From positions 24,041,167 through 24,105,166 of the forward strand of contig CM119268.1 in assembly GCA_051294375.1 (NCBI GenBank): a stretch of 64,000 nt of DNA, written 5' to 3'. The position numbers and the translations under genes were made by a program. Origin of the DNA: Paraspadella gotoi. Taxonomy: Eukaryota; Animalia; Chaetognatha. Below are positions 54,601 to 64,000 of the stretch, in pieces (position 1 is the first letter of the stretch; every line of letters starts with the position of its first letter). The notes under the pieces were generated by a model that saw nothing but the letters and a program-made list of their open reading frames with translations, was not told the DNA's origin and ran no database searches.

Positions 54601-55370
54601 GTTATAGTTTTAGTCAAAGCATAATAAAGTGAAACTGAAGAAATGTATTGTAGTGCATTGTTAAGTATGTTATTCAGGATAAATAACTTTTATCATTAGA
54701 ACTTAAATCGATTTGCACCACGAAGCATATTAAATCATAGCATTTAAATTTGAAATCTTTTGTTAGAATTTGAAAAAAAGACAAAACCCATAAATATTCA
54801 ATTCATCATCATCTACCCTTAAAAAATTCCCCTTTAAAATTTTAGTTTTTTTCTAATTTAAACTGATAGAAATAAGCTTTTTAAATAAGAAAAATGAATA
54901 TGTAAATCCTTTCGCTTAAGTCCTCCCATTTAATCTGAAGTGAACTCAGAAATCGGCTTTGGTCCACCGCCTCTCTCTCACAATATCTGTTTTAGTTTAA
55001 TTACCCTTGATTAATCTTCGTAAAACATAAAAGAAACAATTAAATTTTATGTAAACAAACTGGGCTACAAAACCGAAAGTTTATATATTACCAAAAGTAT
55101 TGACCAATGGACAAATTTGCTCATCCCGCATTCAACTCAGAATCAAATATTTTTTTTTAAATTAATTTGTATTTTGTATTTAGTATAATATTGATTACAC
55201 AATAAAGAACTGCAATAATGAAAGGTTTTCACTAATTGGTTTTACTATCGTTTTCCCTTTTCATTTTAATTTACTTTTTTTCTACATATTTTAACTATTA
55301 ATAATTTTATGAGCCTAGTACGACCTATTTCACTTTATTTGACCCTGTTCTGTTATGTACAATCAAAGCT
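51671..55370 (-). other. Error-rich inverted copy of SLC25A1 (intron 1 through the 3' UTR), including the terminal exon at ~52113-52206
   Basis: 52245-55370 is the reverse complement of 48620-51645 with scattered homopolymer indels. The minus strand at 52206-52113 reads approximately LSRVCLDVAITFIIYESFMDVFNKVWK after indel correction. Confidence 0.9.
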
Positions 55371-58300
55371 GAAGCCTGCTCCTCCTCCCTGGATACAAGA
55401 CTTCGCTCACGTCAAATCGATGAATGATTACGAAAAACTTCATCGTCAAAGCATCAAAGATCCAGCGGGATTTTGGGGCGAAGTCGCCAAAGAATTTAGA
55501 TGGAAGAAAAAGCCAGAGAGAGACACATTTCTAGACTATAATTTCGATAGAAGAAAAGGTGATGAAATATATTATTAATTTTGTTTATTAAATATCTCAA
55601 ATAAATAATAATTACTTCCTCATTTAAGTATGTTTTAATTTAAATGAACTTGACTTTAATGTGTAATTTTGAATCTCTTATCCAAATTTGATCCAGTGTG
55701 AAGCCTTACCCTTTGACCTTTGACCCCTTAATCAAATAAATTATCTTAGGCCCAATCTCTATCAAATGAAAATCCTTACCTAATGAGCTTTGACTCCTTA
55801 GGCCCAATCTCTATCAAATTGATAATCTTACCTAATGACCATTGATCCCTTAGGCCCAATCTCTATCAAATGAAAATCCTTACCTAATGAGCTTTGATTA
55901 CTTAGGCCCAATCTCAATCAAATGGATAACCTTCCCTAATGATCTTTGACTCCTTAGACCCAATTTCCATCCAATTGATAACCTTACCTAATGACCTTGG
56001 ACTCCTTAGGCCCAATCTCTATCAAATTGGTAACCTTACCTAATGACTATTGACTCCTTAGGCCCAATCTCGATCAAATTGGTAACCTTACCTAATGACC
56101 ATTGACTCCTTAGGCCCAATCTCTATCAAATGGATGAAAAGTGCAGAAACTAATCTTTGCTTCAACTGCGTTGATCGTCATTTGGAGGAAAACAAAGGAG
56201 AGAAAATCGCTTTTCATTGGGAAGGAAATGATCCCAATGATTTTAAAGATCTTACTTTTAATCAACTAAAGGTTAAATTAAATTATTAGTAAAACCTTTC
56301 AATTTTGAAAATAAGTTAAATTGGAAAAAAATGTGTTTTTTTATTTTTTACCTGATATCTTCTCTTTTATTTTCTCTTTTATCTTTTTTCCTAACATCCT
56401 TTCTATCTTTTTTCAATATTTTTTCTTACTTTCTCTCTTATATGTTTTCTCTTATTTTCTGGCCTACCTTCTTTTTATGTTCTACTATATATTTTCTTAA
56501 TACCGTCTTTCCTCATCTTTTAATATTTTCTACCACCTTCTTTTAATCTTCTATATATTTTCTTAATACCTTCTTCCCTCTTCTATTAATATTCTTTACC
56601 ACCTTCTTTATATTTTTTACTATATATTTTCTTAATACCTTCTTTCCTCATCTTTTAATATTCTCTACCACCTTTATTTTATCTTCTACTATATTTATTC
56701 TTAATACCCTCTTTCCTCATCTTTTTATATTTTCTGCCACCTTCTTTTTATCTTCTACTATATATTTTCTTAATACCTTTTTTCCTCATCTTTTAATATT
56801 TTCTACCACCTTCTTTTTATCTTCTACTATATATTTTCCTATACCGTTTTTCTTCATCTTTTAATGTTCTCTACCACCTTCTTTTTATATTCTACTATAT
56901 ATTTTCTTAATATCTTCTTTCCTCATCTTTTAATATTCTCTACCACCTTCTCTTATATTCTACTATATATTTTCTTAATACTTTCTTTCTTCATCTTTTA
57001 ATATTTTCTACCATCTTCTTTTTATCTTCTACTATATATTTTCTTAATACCTTCGTTCCTTATCTTTTAATATTTTCTACCAGCGTCTTTTTATCTTATA
57101 CTGATTCTACTGTATATTTTCTTAATACCTTCTTTCCTCATCTTTTCATATTCTCTCCCACCTCTCCCTTTATTTCTCTTCTCCCTGAAATCATGTCCCC
57201 ATTCTGCAGGACCAAGTTTGTCGATTGTCTACAGCATTGAAGTCTCTTGGTGTTGGAGTTGGCGATCGCGTTGCCATCTACATGCCAATGATTCTCCAAC
57301 TTCCGGTTTCACTTTTGGCTTGCGTGAGAATCGGTGCTGTTCACACTGTAGTCTTTGGCGGGTGAGGCTGGCGGGAGAATCCCTTTGAGGTTATGATCTT
57401 GTAGTCGTAGTGAGGAATTGTTATTTTTAGCACAGATGTCCACATTAAAAGGATTTCCTATGTCTTTAGCAATAGAGTATCATTTTAGCATCTAATTATT
57501 ACAATTATTCAATACTAAATCATATTTTATGATAATCTCTATCATAATTCTTCATTTACCTCATTCCAGCTACTCATCAACTGCCCTCGCAGAACGAATG
57601 CTAGATGGGTCAGTTCAAGTGGTTCTCACAGCTGATGGAGCTTGGAGAGGAAAGAAATTGCTTGACCTGAAATCAATCGTGGATGAAGCTGTTGACGTCT
57701 GCAGGTAATTCAGTGTTGTTGTTGTTGTTATATTAATATATATATTAATATTAATACTTAACTAAGCTAATAAAAATCTTAATTTCAGAAAAAAAGGTCA
57801 TTCTATTCGCGCCGTCGTTGTTGTCAACCACCTCAGCATCAAAGATGAAGGAAAAAGGGAAAAACACGAAGATGTTGTTGGTTGCAGACCTTGTGGTGTA
57901 AGTTTGTTTGCTCTTTGTCACATAAAATATTGTTTTTAGAATAATTCTTTAATGCCTGCAGAGTGCAGAAATTATTTCCCAACCTTTCTTATGATAAATA
58001 TATTCACTTTATATTCACTTTAATGAAAGCTGCCTTTGGCATTCGGTCTGAATTCAATTAATACATTTACTAGCAAGTCATTTTAGTTAATACTTGACAA
58101 AAAACGATATGCTCAAGGATGTACCATACAGTTTTACCGCATGATATGTTTCATAAAGTTGTAATCATTCACTACCTAAATATAATAAATTATAATTTTA
58201 AATTTCCATATTTGGTTTAATGAATTATTATTCCATTAAATTATTCATTGAATAATCGAATAATTGAATAATTGAACAAATTGAATAAATTATTCATTGA

Positions 58301-61300
58301 ATAAAAGTTTAAAAGTTTTACAAGTTTAAAAGTATATTATTTCCTTTCTTTTTCGGTTGTATTTAATTATTTAGAGAAAACAAAGTTTGTTTGTTTGTAA
58401 ACAACGATTTTTATTCACAATTGGGACATGTTTCGGCTCTTGCCTTTAAGCCTTCATCCAGCGTTTTGTTTCATTAACAAGTTTTCTCTCTAACATGAGT
58501 TTGAGGGAGAGAGAGAGGAGAGAGAGAGAGAGAGAAAAAAGAGAGAAAAAATATAAAGCTTCCAACACAGATGTGAAAAGGACAGTGGTCAGATTGAGGA
58601 CAGGTGAAGGTAAGGGAGAAGAAGAAGAGGAAAGTGGTTGAAAATGGAATGGTGAATATTGAGAGAGACAGAGGAGAGAAAATAGTTACATTTTTGTAAT
58701 GTATAACAAATAAATTAATAATAACAGATTTAAGGATTAAATAACAAATTTTAAGGATTAAACTAACATATTTAACTATTTAAGATTGAAATTTATAGTG
58801 CGAAGGAAGAATCTTGTTCGGTCTCAAGTTACAGAGGAAGAGAAAATAGGAAGAGAGAAAAGAGCTCCAAAGATGAGCCCTCGAGCCCTCTCTGAATCGT
58901 GATGGAGGTACTTCATTCGACCTCCCCTCCAAGCTATGATTCGTTAATCAGAATGGAAGGTGGAACGCCCAGTGCCACCCCAACCACACCGGTGATTCCC
59001 CTGTTCCCACTCAACGGGTCGGCGGAGCCCCCAGCAGCAATGGGCACGATACCTCATCCCGTACAGCAACTCGGTGTGACTCTTCTCACACTGGGCGTCG
59101 CCCAAAACGACGGCTGCAGGAGGAGGAAGAGGATCTTATCTCCTGCACCAAAGCAGACCAGAACAGGCATCTACCGCCTCGTCGTCAGGCGAAGGAGGGC
59201 TTTCGCGACAGGCTTTACCAGCGACAGAGAGATATTAGAGTGGCATTGGGGGCATCTTTCCAGGCGGCTCGCTCCAGATCCTGGACAATCTCGTTCCATA
59301 AAACAATATTCTCTCAACCATGACAAGTCAATGGACCGATCAGTCCTTAACGTTCCTGCTTTTGCAGCGGCGGGGCCCAGCTCATTTTGAGCTCTTCTCT
59401 CTCTATTTTTCTCTTCCTCTGTAAAACTTAGGCTATCCTAACCACCAATTCTCCTTTCCACTATATTTCAATCTTAAGGGCCAGGGATCACTCAACCTAA
59501 AATTGTAGAAATCTCAATTTTCTGTATCTTAATCATTTTCTTTGCATCCCGTAAAGAGGATTTCTATTAAAAATTAATCAAAAACTTTTAAAAATCTCCC
59601 CAAAAATGTCCATAAAATTTAAACAAAATTTTTTCTTCGGTAAAACTAGATTTTCAAGAGAAAAATATTTTTTTAAAATGTAAGCTAAAATTCTACAACC
59701 AAATTTTTAACTTTAAAACTGATTTTTACAGTAAACGCTCAATTTCTACTTCTTATATTTAATTCTTTTTTGGTGCAAGTACGTACTTGGAGCTGTATCA
59801 CTAATAAGATCTAAAATAAACTACTCTCACATTTTCCCAGAAGGGTTTTTATGCTTTTATGAGTTTTTATGAGTTAAAAAACTTATCGAATTTTATTTTC
59901 AATTGACTTTTAGTTTTATGTAAATGTTTATATCATAAAAAGTTGCCCTATTTTCTGGGAATCTCTGAAAAAAAAAAATTCAAATCAAATTAAAAACAGT
60001 AAGCCATTTTTTTAAGACTTCCGGAGTTAAACAAATTCCATCATCACATCCCGTGCTTGTGTATGTTTGTAAATCCTTGCAAGAGTAATGAGTTAAAGAA
60101 TTTAACTTTCTTGACGAAGAGAAGTTAAAACGAAGAGTTGCAGCTCAAAACCGTTGGACTCTTCTGGAAGAAAAAAATATGTTGGCAAGAAGGAAAGGTG
60201 GGGAGATTCCTATGAGCGCGTTTTTGGGAAAAACGTTTTTCGTTTCAAAGTATATCAAGGAATTAATCCCAAAAAATGATTAAAATAATCAAATTTTCAT
60301 ATAATCATATTTAAGGTATAATTTTATGTATTGGAGTCCGGATAGATCTAAAGGTAATTCATTGCCAAATTTCATGAGAAACGCCTTACCAGTTTTGGCT
60401 GCAACTCTTCAATAGGTTTCTTTTATTTTATATAGTCAAAAAAATTATAACAAACGACAACGTCCTTTGAAAAAATAGTAAATAGTGACTACTATTTTCG
60501 AGAGGATCCGTCAGGAGCTTTCCTTCGAAATCCCGAGCTCGGTTTAGCCTAATATAATTATAATTTGAGTGATCCCGGACCTTAAATAGTTAAATATGTT
60601 AGTTTAATCCTGTAATATTTTGTAATTTAATCTGTAACTCTTAATTTATTTATTTGTTATAATCATTACAAAAATTAACTATTTTCTCTCCCTCTTGTCT
60701 CTCTCAATATTTCACCATTCATTTTTCAACCACTTTCCTCTTCTCTCTCCCCTTAACCTTCACCACTCCTCATGACACACTGTCTTTTACACTCTGGGTG
60801 GAGCTTTATATTTTTCTCTCTTTCCTACTCTCCTTCTCCTCTCTCTCTCTCTCTCTCTCTCCCTTAAACTCTGAATGTTAGAGAGAAAACTTGTTAATGA
60901 AACAAAACGCTGATGAAGGCTTAAGTGCCAAGAGCCGGAAAACATGTCCCAATTGGTGAAATAAAACATCGGTTGGTTTAAAAACAAACAAACTTTGTTT
61001 TCTCTAAAGTTTAAAAGTGAATTTTATAAAATATTTAATTATATTTTAAACATTTCCAATATGGTAGACTAAAATCCACCAACCATGCATCAGCGGCCAT
61101 TGGTGCAGTAGGCAAGTCATTCACCTCACAAGCAAAAGGTCCGGGGTTTTCTCCCAGTGGCCGCCGAATTGTTAGGAGGGAATGGGGCGCTTAACCCGCC
61201 TGTATTAAGGTGTTACAGCCTGATCCGTAGCTCAGCGACTGCTTATATTGAACGGTTTTGTCACTAACTTATTACAATTATTTATGTCTCTTCACCAATT

Positions 61301-61824
61301 TTCTTTAAGGCACTGAATCCTCGAATGATTCCAGGTCGAGATTTTTGGTGGGAGGATCTCATCTCCTCCTCCTCCTCCTCCTCCTCCTCCTCCTCTTCTG
61401 ATTATGTTGAATGGTTAGAGGCAGAAACTCCTGCCTTCATGTTGTACACAAGCGGTAGCACTGGAAAGCCCAAAGGTAAGTCCAAAGCTAAAACCACTGG
61501 AAAGCCCAAAGGTAAGCCCAAAGCTAAAACCACTGGAAAGCCTAAGCTCTAAGCCAAAAGCGCTAAAAAGCCCAAGCGCTAGAAAGCTCAACGTTAAGCC
61601 CAGAGCACGAAGACCTGAGATTTAAGAGAGAAAAAAGGAGGAGGCATGACAGTTTGAGGAAGAGAAAAATAAAAAGATAAGTACTGAAAAATATATATAA
61701 TAATTGTACTCGTTTGTACAAGAAAAAAGGTTATCTTCAAAAAAGTCAAAGTAAAAAGAATGCTTTATGAATAATGACTTAGATTGATCTGATTAAATGT
61801 TTAAATAAATATAAATAAAATTGA

Positions 61825-61871
<47 letters not shown>

Positions 61872-62021
61872 TATTTTTCTCTCTCCTCAAACTCAAGGTG
61901 TGGTCCATTCAACCGCGGGCTACATGATCTTTGCTGCAAACAACCTTCAAAAGTATGTTTTGACTTTTCACGCTGATATTTACTTCTGCACTGCGGACAT
62001 TGGCTGGATCACCGGTCACAG
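55368..62021 (+). CDS. ACSS2: Acetyl-CoA synthetase (cytosolic type), partial; exons <55368-55558, 56114-56271, 57210-57362, 57570-57704, 57789-57897, 61310-61474, 61898-62021, continues beyond
   Basis: [67 protein letters not shown]|[14 protein letters not shown]|GVVH and [13 protein letters not shown] are acetate-CoA ligase motifs. Confidence 0.9.
55745..56131. repeat. ~52-bp tandem repeat x8 spanning a splice acceptor
   Basis: Unit aaccttacctaatgaccattgactccttag|gcccaatctctatcaaat. Confidence 0.95.
56465..57165. repeat. ~65-bp intronic minisatellite
   Basis: ctactatatattttcttaataccttctttcctcatcttttaatattttctaccaccttcttttt units. Confidence 0.9.
58421..58468 (-). ncRNA. Minimal type I hammerhead ribozyme motif
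   Basis: The reverse strand reads aaaacg-CTGGATGA-A-GGCTT(aaaggcaa)GAGCC-GAAA-CATG-TC. There is one extra G in the core. Confidence 0.65.
59478..60581. mobile_element. Non-autonomous DNA transposon with TTAA TSD and GG..CC termini (Kolobok-like)
   Basis: TIRs are gggccagggatcactcaa / ttgagtgatcccggacc, with TTAA on both sides. The uninterrupted sister arm (minus strand ~58765-58790) has a single TTAA (caatcTTAAatagtt). Confidence 0.8.
60903..60953 (+). ncRNA. Minimal type I hammerhead ribozyme motif
   Basis: CTGATGA-A-GGCTT(aagtgccaa)GAGCC-GGAAAA-CATG-TC: conserved core, stem II and palindromic ACATGT stem III. Stem I is imperfect and some indel noise is present. Confidence 0.7.
61093..61240 (+). 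mobile_element. tRNA-Val(CAC)-derived SINE or pseudogene
   Basis: gcggccattggtgcagtagg..ttcacctCACaagcaaaaggtccggggtt..cccagtggccgc is a cloverleaf-like head with an A box and a degenerate B box, followed by a non-tRNA body. Confidence 0.55.
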
Positions 62022-62467
62022 GTAATTATGAAGGAATTCAAAGCCATGATGATCACATCTTTATTAGAAAATAAAATTAAATGTGATGTCTAAGAAACTA
62101 ACATGTTTAAGTCTTTTATTGCTCTAGTATTAATTTTCTATATTTATAATTATATGCGTTTTAATTTCAATGCAATATGGTTGAGTAAGTACTAACATTA
62201 TTAACAAACAATGAGGCACATAAATTTAATGACAATAAATAGAAAGAGACACGAGACATGAGAGACTGAAGAGAGAAAGCGCGGCACTAACCAGAAAAGA
62301 GAGAGAAAGCCCCCGAAAAAAGTCCAAAGGTCGTTCTTCTTGGCATGGTGGTCGGCTTGGTCAAGTTGAGACAAAGTGCCCTCTTTTGGTCCTCAGAGAT
62401 GGCAATTGGCGTTTCCAAATGGGCGTCGCCGCACACATTGCGGCATAGGACCTTTGCGTAGTTGGAC

Positions 62468-62803
62468 AAAATGAAAATAGAGGTTCTGGCAAATGATTTT
62501 ATGAAATGAAATGAAATTTTAATGAAAATGGAGTTTCTGGCAAATGATTTTATGAAATGAAATGAAATTTTAATGAAAATGGAGGTTCTGGCAAATTATT
62601 TAATGAAATGAAATGAAATGAAATGAAATGAAATTTTAATGAAAATGAAGGTTCTGGCAAATGATTTTATGAAATGAAATGAAATGAAATGAAATGACAT
62701 TTTAATGAAAATGGAGGTTCTAGCAAATGATTTTATGAAATGAAATGAAATGAATGAAGTTTTAATGAAAATTCGGAGGTTCTGGCAAATGATTTTATGA
62801 ATG
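62468..62803. repeat. Minisatellite ggttctggcaaatgattttat(gaaat)n running into the gap
   Basis: Visible tandem array. Confidence 0.9.
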
Positions 62804-63659
62804 ANNNNNNNNNNNNNNNNNNNNNNNNNNNNNNNNNNNNNNNNNNNNNNNNNNNNNNNNNNNNNNNNNNNNNNNNNNNNNNNNNNNNNNNNNNNNNNNN
62901 NNNNNNNNNNNNNNNNNNNNNNNNNNNNNNNNNNNNNNNNNNNNNNNNNNNNNNNNNNNNNNNNNNNNNNNNNNNNNNNNNNNNNNNNNNNNNNNNNNNN
63001 NNNNNNNNNNNNNNNNNNNNNNNNNNNNNNNNNNNNNNNNNNNNNNNNNNNNNNNNNNNNNNNNNNNNNNNNNNNNNNNNNNNNNNNNNNNNNNNNNNNN
63101 NNNNNNNNNNNNNNNNNNNNNNNNNNNNNNNNNNNNNNNNNNNNNNNNNNNNNNNNNNNNNNNNNNNNNNNNNNNNNNNNNNNNNNNNNNNNNNNNNNNN
63201 NNNNNNNNNNNNNNNNNNNNNNNNNNNNNNNNNNNNNNNNNNNNNNNNNNNNNNNNNNNNNNNNNNNNNNNNNNNNNNNNNNNNNNNNNNNNNNNNNNNN
63301 NNNNNNNNNNNNNNNNNNNNNNNNNNNNNNNNNNNNNNNNNNNNNNNNNNNNNNNNNNNNNNNNNNNNNNNNNNNNNNNNNNNNNNNNNNNNNNNNNNNN
63401 NNNNNNNNNNNNNNNNNNNNNNNNNNNNNNNNNNNNNNNNNNNNNNNNNNNNNNNNNNNNNNNNNNNNNNNNNNNNNNNNNNNNNNNNNNNNNNNNNNNN
63501 NNNNNNNNNNNNNNNNNNNNNNNNNNNNNNNNNNNNNNNNNNNNNNNNNNNNNNNNNNNNNNNNNNNNNNNNNNNNNNNNNNNNNNNAATGAAAGCGAAA
63601 ACTCCTCTTCTCTTCAATGACAACTCCAGCGACCGACTGACCACGTACGCTCTCGTCTG

Positions 63660-64000
63660 AGGAGGGGGGGACGCATCGCAGAGAAATCAAACTCAAGAAT
63701 CGAAGTCTGATCGGCGACTCGGGTCAAATCCGCCGAAAACAGAATGCAACTCTCCTATTGGTTAAAAGACAAAAGGCACCGGCCAATGAGCTGATGGGCT
63801 TAGATTTTTACCCTTACCTCCAATCTGTTCACACTGTATAAATATGCACCAAAATTGTATTGATTCACTTTGACTTGAAATTGACACTGGCGACTTAAGA
63901 TCGGTCTCTCTCTCTCTAAACTCTTCCACTCTACTCTTTCTCGGGTCAGTCCCTGTCAGGCCCGGTCAGTCCCCACGGTCGCTTTGCCCTAGCTTTGACC
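63660..64000 (+). mobile_element. Probable LTR preceded by a polypurine tract
   Basis: GAGGAGGGGGGG tract, then CCAAT boxes and TATAAAT; similar to 9928-10208. Confidence 0.4.

Larger units (their letters stand above)
58334..61006. mobile_element. Penelope-like (PLE-type) element with ~500-bp inverted arms, each carrying a minimal hammerhead ribozyme; 12-bp TSD AAGTTTAAAAGT (58322-58333 / 61007-61018); interrupted by a MITE
   Basis: 58371-58880 is the reverse complement of 59380-59477 + 60582-61006. The left arm has an extra ~35-nt tail. Direct repeats flank the unit. Confidence 0.75.

Noticed and set aside
62596-63696. Long ORFs in the ORF track spanning N runs (also 15082, 35620, 44866)
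   Set aside because: Artefacts of translating gaps.

Overview
AT-rich, intron-containing animal (metazoan) genomic scaffold with N-gaps and visible long-read-type indel noise. Six spliced protein-coding genes can be reconstructed, all on the + strand: a TAL1/SCL/LYL-class bHLH factor (677-6403), an SSUH2 homolog (~7039-12125), a long uncharacterised protein with four copies of a '...W..G.Q...F.L.G.PW...GW' repeat domain (13115->33564), dynein light chain 4-like (38499-39411), the mitochondrial citrate carrier SLC25A1 (48460-51458, plus a noisy inverted copy that is probably an assembly artefact) and a 5'-truncated acetyl-CoA synthetase ACSS2 (55368->62021). Introns and intergenic DNA are packed with mobile DNA: a decayed Gypsy element and related mini or solo LTRs, LINE 3' fragments, Tc1, CACTG-ended and TTAA-target MITEs, and a tRNA-Val SINE. 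Two things stand out. (1) A family of Penelope-like elements carries minimal hammerhead ribozymes and inserts as inverted or fold-back units with 12-13 bp TSDs; two copies are tiny hairpins truncated at the ribozyme. (2) A recurrent 'splice-site echo' pattern places tandem repeats across exon-intron junctions in four of the genes. All calls come from reading the sequence by eye; no database searches were run, and coordinates of degenerate repeats are approximate.
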